Assembly (NCBI GenBank): GCA_963700285.1
Contig: CAVOXA010000014.1
Span: forward strand, 288,001-352,000
Direction of reading: 5' to 3'
Origin: an uncultured Chloroflexia bacterium
GTDB lineage: Bacteria; Chloroflexota; Anaerolineae; JAAYZQ01
Length of the DNA: 64,000 nucleotides
Made by a program: the position numbers and the translations under genes
Part shown: one piece after another, positions 22,001 through 28,631 of the stretch
Layout of the letters: every line of letters starts with the position of its first letter
Numbering within the stretch: the first letter of the stretch is position 1
The notes under the pieces: generated by a model
The model's database searches: none
Told to the model about the DNA's origin: nothing
Seen by the model: only the letters and a program-made list of their open reading frames with translations

Positions 22001-23475
22001 GTGGCGGCGGCATGGTACCAGACGTCGTTGGCAATGGGCGTGGTACCGGCGACTGGGTGGTTTCCGCCGCTGTCCATGTCCTCAAAGTCGGCAACGAGCA
22101 CACCGGTGCTAGCGTCGATACCGAAAAAGTAGTTCATATCCACGTTGCTGCCATCGCCCTCGCCCCGGCCCTTTGTCACCAGGGGGATGGCGCTGGCGAT
22201 CCCACCGCTGCCCGTCGAGGCGCCCTGCCCGTTTCCCTCGCGCTTGAACCAGGTCTCAAGGGTGAACTGGGCCAGGCCCAGGGCGGGATCCGGGCCAAAG
22301 GTGACGTAATCAGTCGACCCATTGAAATCCAGGGCGTTGCTGGCCGCGGCCGGGGTGGTGGCGCAGTCGGCATCGGAAAAGGCCGAGTCGCCGCCAGCGT
22401 TGGTGGCCCGGACACGGTAGCAGTACTCCTGTCCGGAAGTCAGACCCAGGTCCGAATAGGCAGTGACATTAGCCGCCACGGTGTCCAGGGGGCTGTAGGT
22501 GCCGCCAATGCCGGTGGTGGAGCGTTCGATCTCAAAGCTGGTTTCGTTGCTGGCGTTATCGGTCCAGGCGAGGTCGATCCGGCTTGACAATCTGGCGGTA
22601 GCCGCCAGGCCTGTGGGTGCGGAGGGGGCCGCAATGACGATGTCCAGGGGGGCGCCAGGCGTTACCCAACTATGGCCACTCGGCTGAATCGTGCCGTTGA
22701 CACTGGTACCGGCCGAACCACTGACCGTCGTTCCAGACGTTTCGTCCAGGCCCCAGCGGGCCACGAGCCCGGTCTGGGCGGTGGTGATCTCTGAATTGAC
22801 GTCGGTCTGAATCTCGAGGTGGGTGCGGGCGTGATCCCAGATGCGGACCTCGTCCAGGACGCCGTCAAAGTGCCCAGCCGCAGTGCTTGTACCACCAGAC
22901 CGCATGGCACTGCCCAAGCCGGCATGCTGGATGCTATCGGAGCGGGGCGGTTGCCCCACGACGACCTCGGTCTCGAGTTCTCCATTCAGGTAGAGCCGCC
23001 ACGTGTTGCCATCGTAGGTGGCGGCAGCGTGGTACCAGGTATCGAGGCTGATGGACGTGGTACCGATTACCGGATGGTTGAGGCCAGGGCTCGCACCACC
23101 TGCTCCTTCCTCAAAGTCGGCAAAAAGCACACTGTCCGAGGCGCGAATCCCCAGGAACCAGTTCGTGTCCAGGTTGCTGTTCTCGGCTTCGCCCCGGCCC
23201 TTTGTGACTAGCGGGATGGCGTCGGACACGCCACCGCCGCCGGTTGATGTCGTGACGCCAGTTCCCTCTCGCTTGAACCAAGTCTCGATGGTGAACTGGG
23301 CCAGGTCCAGGGCGGCGGGATCGCCAAAAGCCACAAAGGCGGTGCCGCTGCCAAGATCAAGCGCACCCGTGCTCTGGGCCTGAACGACCGGGGGGGCAGG
23401 CATCAGAGGGTTGAACATGGACAGCAGCAGCCCAAAGACGGTGAGTAGACTCAGTAGAGATCGCTTCCAAAGCAT
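10015..23475 (-). CDS. Giant secreted protein (~4486 aa): (LamG-FN3)x9 + LamG, calcineurin-like metallophosphoesterase, 2 InlB-B-like repeats, a beta-sandwich domain and a C-terminal FN3-like module
   Basis: ATG at 23475 with an AAGGAGG RBS and signal peptide (VVQA/Q). Ten ALD(F/L)..(Y/F)V.FG...WYHAAATYDG...FDGVLDE.RIW units alternate with nine PT.L.A...WTDN..NE..F..ERS...YCY..RA.N units. Phosphoesterase motifs DTQYY, HEGD, GNHD, AH and CGH. Confidence 0.93.
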   Translation of the reverse strand: MLWKRSLLSLLTVFGLLLSMFNPLMPAPPVVQAQSTGALDLGSGTAFVAFGDPAALDLAQFTIETWFKREGTGVTTSTGGGGVSDAIPLVTKGRGEAENSNLDTNWFLGIRASDSVLFADFEEGAGGASPGLNHPVIGTTSISLDTWYHAAATYDGNTWRLYLNGELETEVVVGQPPRSDSIQHAGLGSAMRSGGTSTAAGHFDGVLDEVRIWDHARTHLEIQTDVNSEITTAQTGLVARWGLDETSGTTVSGSAGTSVNGTIQPSGHSWVTPGAPLDIVIAAPSAPTGLAATARLSSRIDLAWTDNASNETSFEIERSTTGIGGTYSPLDTVAANVTAYSDLGLTSGQEYCYRVRATNAGGDSAFSDADCATTPAAASNALDFNGSTDYVTFGPDPALGLAQFTLETWFKREGNGQGASTGSGGIASAIPLVTKGRGEGDGSNVDMNYFFGIDASTGVLVADFEDMDSGGNHPVAGTTPIANDVWYHAAATYDGSDWVLYLNGVLDGTENEGATPRSDSIQHAGLATAMTSIGSRSGYFDGVLDEARIWNSARSEAEIRATINDELSSPQAGLVARWGLNEGSGTMAYNAAGSSADGTVSGAAWVTPGAPFNISFIVAPAAPTGLSATTASHAQIDLAWTDNADNETNFEVERSTTGSGGPFSPLITLPANAESHSDLGLTPGQEYCYQVRATNAAGESDYTSVQCDTTDVLANPALDFGGTDDYVTFGDPAALDLAQFTVETWFKREGAGETTTTGTGGVTNAIPLVTKGRGEAEGSNVDTNYFLGIRASDNVLFADFEEGATGSSPGQNHPVIGTTPINNDTWYHVAATYDGNKWQLFLNGNLEAELVVGQPPRSDSIQHAGLASAMTSAGTAAGYFDGVLDEVRIWDHARSQLEIQTDINSEITTPQAGLVACWGLNEGSGTAVNGSAGTTVNGTVMGTGYSWAPGAPFDIVISPPAAPTDLAATAVSAEQINLAWTDNADNETSFEIQRSTDGIGGTYSPLDTVGASATDYSDLGLTAGQEYCYRVRATNVGGESAFSDPDCATTTALPNSALDFAGTDGYVTFGVAPGLGLAQFTVETWFKREGTGQTTTTGIGGVTNAIPLVTKGRGEAESSNVDTNYFLGIRASDNVLFADFEEGASAASPGLNHPVIGTTPISNDSWYHVAATYDGNKWQLFLNGNLEAELVVGEPVRSDSIQHAGLATAMRSSGAPEGYFDGVLDEVRIWDHARTQLEIQTDINAEIETPQAGLVGRWSLDEGTGTAVNASAGTSVNGTVMGTGYAWVTPGAPFDIVIPAPAAPTALAATESSAYQIDLAWTDNAGNETGFEIERSTTGIGGAYTPLDTAGANVTAYSDLGLTPEQEYCYRVRATNATGPSTYADPDCATTPAEASNALDFNGSSDYVTFGQAPALGLAQFTLETWFKREGPGQSASTGTGGIDAAIPLVTKGRGEADGNNRDMNYFLGIDASAGVLVADFEDMDSGGNHPVVGTTAIANDVWYHAAVTYDGANWKLYLNGVLDQTLAETATPRSDSIQHAGLATAITSIGTRQGYFDGVLDEARIWNSARSEAEIRATINDELSSPQAGLVARWGLNEGSGTMAFDSAGSAVHGTVGGAAWVTPGAPFNISFTVAPAAPTGLSATTASHAQIDLAWTDNADNETNFEVERSTTGSGGPFSPLITLPANAESHSDLGLTPGQEYCYQVRATNAAGESDYTSVQCDTTDVLANPALDFGGTDDYVTFGDPAALDLAQFTVETWFKREGAGETTTTGTGGVTNAIPLVTKGRGEAEGSNVDTNYFLGIRASDNVLFADFEEGATGSSPGQNHPVIGTTPINNDTWYHVAATYDGNKWQLFLNGNLEAELVVGQPPRSDSIQHAGLASAMTSAGTAAGYFDGVLDEVRIWDHARSQLEIQTDINSEITTPQAGLVACWGLNEGSGTAVNGSAGTTVNGTVMGTGYSWAPGAPFDIVISPPAAPTDLAATAVSAEQINLAWTDNADNETSFEIQRSTTGIAGTYSPLDTVAANIISFSDLGLTAEEEYCYRVRATNVGGESAFSDPDCATTTALPNSALDFVGTDAYVTFGPAPSLGLAQFTVETWFKREGPGVTTTTGTGGVDDAIPLVTKGTSEADDADNKDMNYFLGIRASDSVLMADFEEGAGGSSPSLNHPIIGTTTLSNDTWYHAAATYDGNKWQLFLNGNLEAELVVGEPVRSDSIQHAGLGSAMISDGTPEGFFDGVIDEVRIWDHARTHLEIQGDVNSEITTPQAGLVGRWSLDEATGTAVNGSAGTTVNGTVMGTGYTWVTPGAPFNIAVSPPAVPTALAATAASAIQIDLAWTDNSDNETGFEIERSTTGIGGTYGPLHTTSANATAYSDSGLDPETEYCYRARATNAAGESAYAGPDCATTPAEVHNALDFGTNNAYVTFGPTSTLGLAQFTLETWFKREGAGVTTNTGSGGVGDAIPLVTKGTGEVDDADNKDMNYFLGIRASDSVLIADFEEGGGGSSPSQNHPIIGTTAISNDTWYHAAATYDGNKWQLFLNGNLEAELVVGQPVRSDSIQHAGLGTAMLSDGTPAGFFDGVLDEARIWDHARTHAQIQGDVNSEIKIPQAGLVARWGLDEGSGTDVHDSTGSAVNGTILGTGYSWVTPGAPFDIAFSVPAAPTGLAASASSANSIGLSWTDNASDETNFEIERSTTGIGGTYSPLDTIGANTTAYSDSGLAPETEYCYRVRATNASGPSAYSNADCATTTTEVHTALDFGTNNAYVTFGPTLSLGLPEFTVETWFKREGTGVTTSTGSGGVTDAIPLVTKGVGEVDVPDNRDMNYFLGIRASDGVLIADFEEGAAGSSPSQNHPVIGTTSISNNTWYHAAVTYDGNKWQLFLNGNLEAELVVGEPVRSDSIQHAGLATAMTSTGAPEGYFDGVLDEVRIWDHARSVLEIQLDANSEITTPRAGLVARWGLDEGSGTAVNGSAGTTVNGTVMGSGYSWVGGAPFNLNFNDPPDAPTALTATAYSHAEVHLAWTDNADNEAIFDVERSTTGIGGTYSPLGTGPANVTTYSDLSVVPEQEYCYRVRARNAAGPSAYTNMDCATTPVATNHALDFGSSNAYVTFGPAPTLGLPEFTIETWFKRQGAGQTTTTGTGGVDDAIPLLTNGTSEVDDADNKDMNYFLGIRASDSVLMADFEEGAGGSSPSLNHPIIGTTTISNDIWYHAAATYDGNKWQLFLNGRLEAELVVGEPPRSDSIQHAGLATAMESDGTPEGRFDGVIDEARVWDSARTQTEIRATINDELAGPQTGLVARWGVDEGTGTTVGDTAGSSVTGTVMGSGYSWVGGAPFNLIFNDPPYEPTLVQPANGAVGVVTPPTLEVTVSDPELETMDVNFYGREAGAGTGEAFSIIVLPDTQYYSESYPQTFSAQTQWIVQNKDTMNIAFVTHEGDIVEVATETYQWDNADAAMSLLEDPATTGLPDGIPYGLVYGNHDMPTDNYNTYFPVSRFAGRGYYGGSYDGDNEDSYQLFDGGGMGFIAIHFGYYDSPPQSLLDWADGLLKTHSDRRAIVVAHRLIGSSGAWSSQGQATYDALKDNPNLFLMLCGHVTTEARRTDVYNGSTVHTLLADYQGRSNGGDGWLRTLEFSPTDDTIHVKTYSPTLNQFETDANSQFDLSYDMDGAGPFSNLGTVSGVASGGNASIAWPGLFAGTPYEWYVEVSDGSSTTEGPIWNFTTFGTPPPCYTLTTSVDPASGGTVVANPAPNCQGTKYHEGTVVELTANANSGYTFANWSGALTGSTNPDSVTMNGNRDVTAHFDGPPCYSLTTAVFPVGAGTIDVAPPPDCAGGTYSEGTVVQLTANANTGYTFVNWTGHLSSSTNPDSLTMNANKSVTALFGEFTGATLDLQVSQDSDDAEERLSSGAVNLGSWDLDLTDDNGNVQTVGIRFQNVTIPQGANIQEAHVTFYAAGVQTGDTNLLFQGHDTDDAPTFSAASGDISGRTITSASIPWDNVPPWTTLGDPYDSPNLAPIIQEIVDRGGWTSGNGLALLISGTGKRDAESFDGDPGMAPELHITYGEHSVPSSHDLTGDWTLIAPTVQTDPPTDAEAARTEILNQGGNALQLCAWLSDVDDWQCYDGGPPGNNFTLQLGQGYFVQVDQASTWQRTGEAPASPVPVQLNPTWTLIGLPKLPAPMTAETLLDEASAQGGDCTELYQWQDGRWEGHVRDLPFNNFNLGNDVGYFVKCANATTYTPGGVTGLLTHDPELASDDNNTFGRSARVTGLPNHEPARVAAPHLSKATTLDSAPDQLLASYAATIPTVSDILVSNHRDVTFSVSWRTDSPSSGWLEYGETEQLGTLAQQDAAASMVHHVTLTQLKPNTTYFFHVHAGKIVDDMGSALYSVTTKTSQIPALPFVAYGQVQTTSGQPAVGALARLWLASTDGSLSEPLSATVDDLGYWSTNLPLADCSDLQLKLEVIGPAGGQVELSMPACEVRPAQTVKLP
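17444..21546. repeat. Intragenic near-identical direct repeat pair, 17444-18495 and 20495-21546 (offset 3051 bp)
   Basis: The DNA matches by eye over about 1.05 kb. Identical shadow ORFs appear at 17597/20648 and near-identical ones at 18410/21461, both offset by 3051. Confidence 0.88.
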
Positions 23476-23775
23476 CTTTGCCTCCTTGTGCTGGGGGGGT
23501 TCCCACCCAGGCTCCATCGACACTACTGATCGAGTTGCAGAAAGTGACTTCCAGGGTATGCCGACCGCCCGCATTTCGCTTCGGGGTTGGTGCGATGCGG
23601 CTGTGGTGCTAGCTTCTCATTTCCCCTCGCGGAATACGCCTACCAACTGCACCTATCGAGGGTTCCTTCAGCTTGGGGTATCCGATACCGATCTAGGAGA
23701 CCGGCAGGGAACTCGACCGGTGAACCAGTCAGTGTCCGAGCTGAGGATGCGGCTGGACAGAGCGTCTACCCGTCC

Positions 23776-23830
23776 ATTATACCACATAAACGCGAACGAA
23801 ACGTAACAATCAGGTTACAAATAGATTAAA
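23776..23830 (-). promoter_or_regulatory. Extended -10 promoter of the giant gene, with upstream 11-bp-spaced direct repeats
   Basis: TGGTATAAT at 23784-23776 with no good -35; upstream TTTAAT-N5-TGTAAC-N5-TGTTAC. Confidence 0.55.
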
Positions 23831-23855
23831 ACTTTGGGTCCAAGGGGGTGACGCA

Positions 23856-23878
23856 GGGCTGGCGCCTCGCGCCAGCCC
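23856..23878 (-). terminator. GC-rich hairpin after the metallophosphoesterase gene
   Basis: GGGCTGGCGC-N3-GCGCCAGCCC, about 20 nt after the stop; no U tract. Confidence 0.5.
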
Positions 23879-23897
23879 CTAAATAGAAACTCCAGGC

Positions 23898-25463
23898 CTA
23901 GGGTGTGTTGCGGGAAATCAGGGGCAGATACACCGCATGGATCGCCTCGACGGGGACAAAGTGGGCCAGCACGGACTTGTGGCTATCCATAACGATGGTG
24001 GCCGGGTTGGCGTCGCTGGATAGGTCACCGCTCCAAGACAAGAAGGTGTGGCCCTCTGCGGGCTGGGCTATCAGTTGGACCACGTCGCCATGGCGATAGG
24101 CCCACTGGTGGGGGTCCCAGGTCACACTGCCGCTGCCAACGGCGGCTGTAGTCAGTTTGTATAGTCCTGCGCCCTCCGTCGCAAAGGCCCAGGCGGGACC
24201 GGTGGTGGTATCCGTGCCATCGGAGACCCGAACGTACCACTCGTACGCTGTGCCGGGCGCCCGGCCGGGCCAGTGCAGGGACACCTCACTGCCGCTTGCC
24301 ACACCGCTCACCGTGCCCAATTGCTGGTACGGCTCGCCGCCGGTCATGTCATAGTCCAGCACGAATTGGCTGTCGGCATCGGTCTCGTACTGGTCCAGCC
24401 AGGGGGAGTAGGTTGAGACACGGATTTGGCTGTTCTCCGGCGAGAACTCGAGCCTGCGCAGGAAAGCCTGGCCGCCCTTGGGATAGCTCTGGTAGTCGGC
24501 CATCAAGGCATAGACGGTTTGACCCTCATAAACCTCGGTCCTGCTCGCTTCCGCGTGCCTGTGTCCCGCAAGCATCAGGAACAGGTTCGGATTGTCTTTC
24601 AGGGCATCATAGACCCGCTGGCCCCAGTTTCCGAACGAGCCGTCCTCCTCGAGAATGTGGTGGCTCACGACGATCGCGCGGCGGTCGCTGTGGGCTTTCA
24701 ACAGGCCATCAGCCCAGTCCAGGGCACCGGGGTCCACCCCCTCATAGTCGATGCCGATGGCAATGAAATCCATGCCGCCGCCAGAAAAGAGGGTATAGTT
24801 GTTCTTGTTGCTGCCGTCGGGGTAGCCCTCGCCGTAGTAGCTCCTGCCCTGGAATCGCTTGACGCCAAAGTACTTTTCATAGAATCTGCCCGGTACGTCG
24901 TGATTGCCCGGAACCACGCTGTAGGGAATGCCATCTGGATGCCCGGTGGTAGCGGGATCCTCCAACAAGCTGAGCGCCGCATCGGCATTCCGCCACTGCT
25001 GCTCCACCTTGGCGTCGTTGACAATGTCCCCTACGTGGGCAACGTAGACGATGTTCAAGGCAGCCCTGCTGTCGACAATCCACTGCGTCTGGACAGCAAA
25101 GAGGGCCGGATTGGCGTCAGAGTACCTCTGGGTGTCGGGTAGCACGATGATGGCAAAGTCGCTGGCGGGCCCCAGACGGACCTCGCGGCCAAAGTAGGTG
25201 ACGTTCAGGCTATCCAGATCGGGGTCCGTGACGCGCACTTGAAGTAGCGGGTCTGTGGCCACGTTCAAGGCACCGTCGGGTGGCGAGACAACAGATGGCT
25301 GATCGGGAATGCCGTTGATCTGCGCCTGGCTGCCCAGCAACTGCGTGCCTTCGACCACTGGCTGGGAGTTGCCTTGCGCAAACGCCGGGATGGCGGCGCC
25401 GGTGAGGCTGAGCACCAGAACGAAAAGGATCCAGAGATGCATGACCAACGGCTTGGTCGTCAT
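23898..25463 (-). CDS. Secreted calcineurin-like metallophosphoesterase with an InlB-B-like repeat and a C-terminal YLPLI motif
   Basis: Signal peptide ending PAFA/Q; motifs DTQRY, HVGD, GNHD, SHH and AGHRH; ends VYLPLISRNTP. Start is 25463 or 25442. Confidence 0.85.
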   Translation of the reverse strand: MTTKPLVMHLWILFVLVLSLTGAAIPAFAQGNSQPVVEGTQLLGSQAQINGIPDQPSVVSPPDGALNVATDPLLQVRVTDPDLDSLNVTYFGREVRLGPASDFAIIVLPDTQRYSDANPALFAVQTQWIVDSRAALNIVYVAHVGDIVNDAKVEQQWRNADAALSLLEDPATTGHPDGIPYSVVPGNHDVPGRFYEKYFGVKRFQGRSYYGEGYPDGSNKNNYTLFSGGGMDFIAIGIDYEGVDPGALDWADGLLKAHSDRRAIVVSHHILEEDGSFGNWGQRVYDALKDNPNLFLMLAGHRHAEASRTEVYEGQTVYALMADYQSYPKGGQAFLRRLEFSPENSQIRVSTYSPWLDQYETDADSQFVLDYDMTGGEPYQQLGTVSGVASGSEVSLHWPGRAPGTAYEWYVRVSDGTDTTTGPAWAFATEGAGLYKLTTAAVGSGSVTWDPHQWAYRHGDVVQLIAQPAEGHTFLSWSGDLSSDANPATIVMDSHKSVLAHFVPVEAIHAVYLPLISRNTP

Positions 25464-25679
25464 GCATGCCCGCTTGCCACGGGTGATCGGGTTGTACGTC
25501 AAGAAATGCGGGCCCACCATGCCTCCATGAAGGCAATGCCTTCTGCAAGCGCGATCCCAGCCCGCGACGCGAGTCTACCGCAGATGCCTCTGCAAAAACA
25601 GCAAGCTGCTCAAGGAAGGGGATCGTGCCTGTTCTTTGAGTTGGGAACTCGGCCACCGGTGCACGGGCTCTCCGCATAC

Positions 25680-25707
25680 ATTCTACCACAGATTGGGCCG
25701 GATGCAA
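25680..25707 (-). promoter_or_regulatory. sigma70-like promoter of the phosphoesterase gene
   Basis: TTGCAT-N16-TAGAAT with an extended -10 TG. Confidence 0.5.
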
Positions 25708-25864
25708 AAAGCCCCCCGGAGGTTCGGTCAGAAGTATAGCACCGTGGATTCGCTGCAAATCCAACTGGCCTGGTGTAAAGCTCGAGCCCGGGCGGTTCGC
25801 ACCAGGCCCGGGCTCTGCGCAATCCGGTCAGTTGCGCCTGATCAAGGGCAACAGGATGGAATGC

Positions 25865-26098
25865 CTGAATGTACCGAACAGCACAGGTTATCTGGTAACT
25901 GTCTGGACAGTCCCGATGTTGGGCCTGGCTTCGGTGAAGACGATTGGAGTCACGGTGAACCTGGCAACTGTGCACAAGGCGCTGCATCAAGTCGGTCTGC
26001 GTTAGGGCCGCCCCAGGTTGGCAATGCCGAACAGGGTAGATCCAGAAAAAGCACAGAAGCAGTGGGCTATCGTCATGGCAGTGACTGGTGGCACCTGA
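25865..26098 (+). pseudogene. IS630-family transposase relic (winged HTH region)
   Basis: Hand translation: PNSTGYLVTVWTVPML...IGVTVNLATVHKALHQVGLR*GRPRLAMPNRVDPEKAQKQWAI. This fits the IS630 pattern GY...WT...G....TV...L...G..W.RPR...DPE...K. TAG at 26003 replaces the expected TGG; no DDE domain remains. Confidence 0.7.
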
Positions 26099-26127
26099 TT
26101 GACACCCGAGGCCAATGATGGTAGAAT
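26099..26127 (+). promoter_or_regulatory. sigma70 promoter of the beta-propeller gene
   Basis: TTGACA-N17-TAGAAT with an extended -10 TG. Confidence 0.72.
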
Positions 26128-26323
26128 GAAGCCGCCACCATCCAAGTCAACTCCGTAGATCACGTGGCCAATGGCTTCCGGCATTGTGGAGCCATCTGTG
26201 GTTCCCGGTATCTGGTAACAGATGGCCACCAACCCACTCGCGCGTTCGTGGCATGGACGCAGGGCTCGCCACTGTAGCTAGCCTTGACAAGCAGGTTACG
26301 AGGAGCATGGAGGAAGGTGTACA

Positions 26324-28240
26324 TTGAAATCACTTGAGCGCTTGGCAGTGGTCATTGTGGTCGTCTTTTGGGTGCTGTTCGGGGCCTTCCCGACGGCGAC
26401 GCGGGCAGAGGACGAGACACAGATGCAGCTCGTCGGGGTGGAACAGGGTGAGATGTGGCATTCCATCCGCCATCCCGACGGTTGGGATACGTTTGGTGAC
26501 GTCGAGAGGGTAACGGGGGAGACGAGCAGGTTCTCGGCCGTAGCAGTTGCGTCGGTAGGGAACGAGCTGCACCTTGTGGGGGGCACGAGTGACGGCCGGC
26601 TATGGCACACGATTCGCCATGCCAACGGCAAGTGGGACCCACTCAGAGATATAGAGAGTCAGACTGGCGCGGTTCCCACCCTTACGGCACTGGCTGCTGC
26701 TGAAGTGGATGGCAAGCTGCACGTTGTCGGAGTTGGTGCTGGGGGCATGTGGCATACCATTCGGGGATCCACTAGCTGGCAACCGTTCAGCAATGTAGAG
26801 AGTGGCGCCGGGGAACGCGGCGACTTTGATACGGTGGCCGTCGCAGCGGTAGGCAACAAGCTGCATGTTGCGGGTGGGACGATGGATGGCCGGCTGTACC
26901 ACACCATCGGTTCTGCGTCCAGTTGGCAGAGCTTCAAGGACGTTGAGGCCCAGGCGGGGGATCGGGGAAGTTACTCGAGCCTCTCAGCGGCGTCAGTAGC
27001 CAACGAACTGCACCTTGTCGGCGTGGCCGCCGACGGGCGTCTGTGGCACACAATCCGGCACGCCGCCAGTTGGCAGCTTTTCCTCGACGTTGAGGCCCAG
27101 GCGGGCGATCAGGGTACATTCCGGACGGTGGCCGCAGCCTCGGTGGCGGATGAGTTGCACCTGGTGGGTGGCACGAACGACGGGCGGGTGTGGCACACCA
27201 TCCGCCATCCAGCCAGTTGGGATGCCTTTGGCGATGTTGAGGCCAAAGCCGGAGATGTCGTGCACATACGTGCCTCGGCCGCGGCCTCTGTCTCCAATGA
27301 GCTGCAGTTCGTAGCTGTGGGGGAGGGAAGTCTCTGGCATACGATCCAGCACTCCACCAGTTGGGATCCTTTCCAGGACGTCGAGGGCCTGACGGAACAA
27401 GGTGGACATTTCGCGACAGTGGCACTGGCTACCGTGGCCAATGAGCTGCACCTGGTCGGGGGGACGAGTGGGGGGCGACTGTGGCACACGATCCGTCGCG
27501 AGAACGGTTCGTGGCACCGGCTGCAAGACGTCGAGGCCCAGACCGGGGCCGTTGCTACCCTGACCGACATTGCTGCCGCTGAGGTGGCAGGGGAGCTGCA
27601 CGTGGTCGGCGTCGGCTCTGGGGGCATGTGGCATACCATACGCCATGCGGCGAGTTGGCAGAGCTTTTTTGATGTCGAGGCCCAGGCGGGCGAGCGTGGT
27701 GATTTTGAGACGGTGGCTGTGGCTGCTGTCGCCGGCGAACTGCACGTGATCGGTGGGACCAGCGATGGCCGGCTGTATCACACCATACGCGGGGCCAGTA
27801 GTTGGCAGGAGTTCGGCGACGTCGAGGCCCAAGCGGGGGAGCGCGGGGTGTACCTGGACCTGGCGGCTGCCTCGGTGGCGGATGAACTGCACTTTGTCGG
27901 TGCCACAAAGGATGGCAGGCTGTGGCATACGATCCGTCGCGAAGGTGGTTGGGATACCCTCAAGGACGTCGAGGCTCAGGCGGGGGATAAGGGTAGCTTC
28001 TGGGCCGTGGCGGCCGCTTCTGTCGAGGGTGAACTTCAGGTCGTAGGTTCGACGGCGGCTGGCCGGCTGTGGCACACGATCCGCCATCCCACAAGCTGGC
28101 AGACCTTTCAGCACGTGGAAGTGCACGCCGGAGACCATTCTTTCCTGTCGGACATGGCTGCGGCTGCAACGACAGCCATGGGTTTCGACTACGGCGCATA
28201 TCTGCCGATTATGATCAGATCACCGGATCTGGCGCCATGA
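26324..28240 (+). CDS. Secreted 12-repeat Trp/His-rich beta-propeller protein (lectin-like), C-terminal YLPIMIR motif
   Basis: TTG start with a GGAGG RBS; signal peptide ending ATRA/E; 12 repeats of about 49 aa, LHLVG...GRLWHTIRH..SW..F.DVE.QAG. Confidence 0.85.
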   Translation: MKSLERLAVVIVVVFWVLFGAFPTATRAEDETQMQLVGVEQGEMWHSIRHPDGWDTFGDVERVTGETSRFSAVAVASVGNELHLVGGTSDGRLWHTIRHANGKWDPLRDIESQTGAVPTLTALAAAEVDGKLHVVGVGAGGMWHTIRGSTSWQPFSNVESGAGERGDFDTVAVAAVGNKLHVAGGTMDGRLYHTIGSASSWQSFKDVEAQAGDRGSYSSLSAASVANELHLVGVAADGRLWHTIRHAASWQLFLDVEAQAGDQGTFRTVAAASVADELHLVGGTNDGRVWHTIRHPASWDAFGDVEAKAGDVVHIRASAAASVSNELQFVAVGEGSLWHTIQHSTSWDPFQDVEGLTEQGGHFATVALATVANELHLVGGTSGGRLWHTIRRENGSWHRLQDVEAQTGAVATLTDIAAAEVAGELHVVGVGSGGMWHTIRHAASWQSFFDVEAQAGERGDFETVAVAAVAGELHVIGGTSDGRLYHTIRGASSWQEFGDVEAQAGERGVYLDLAAASVADELHFVGATKDGRLWHTIRREGGWDTLKDVEAQAGDKGSFWAVAAASVEGELQVVGSTAAGRLWHTIRHPTSWQTFQHVEVHAGDHSFLSDMAAAATTAMGFDYGAYLPIMIRSPDLAP

Positions 28241-28631
28241 CCTCGCCGGGCTGAACAAAGAACGGCACAGCCCCGCCGGTTCGGTGCTGGGAGATCCTAT
28301 CTCTTGGATCCAGGGGCTCAGGGTGACAGAACGAGAAGCGCAGTGAGCAACCTGACGCTGGCCCGTCCCGTGATCGGCCTGCTGCTGGTGGCGTGCGACA
28401 GGGGGGACGGCGGAGAGGCACCCATCTCGGTGGCGCCCACAGACCCGCCCGCACCGACGCAGGCGGAGGTAGCAGCGCCCACCCATGTTCCTGCGCAGCC
28501 AATGGCGAAGGCGCCGCCTCCGGCCGGGCCTGCCCATCCGACGCCTTCCCCGCCACTCGCACCCGTGGTTTCGCTGGGTGAGATACGCCTGCCCGCTGGT
28601 TCGATCCAGGGGTATTCATCAGGCACGACCC

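Noticed and set aside
13445-28200. CRISPR array or DGR template/variable repeat pair among the repeats
   Set aside because: The repeats are in-frame protein modules with no spacer structure or adenine-specific mismatch pattern, and no cas or reverse transcriptase gene is present.
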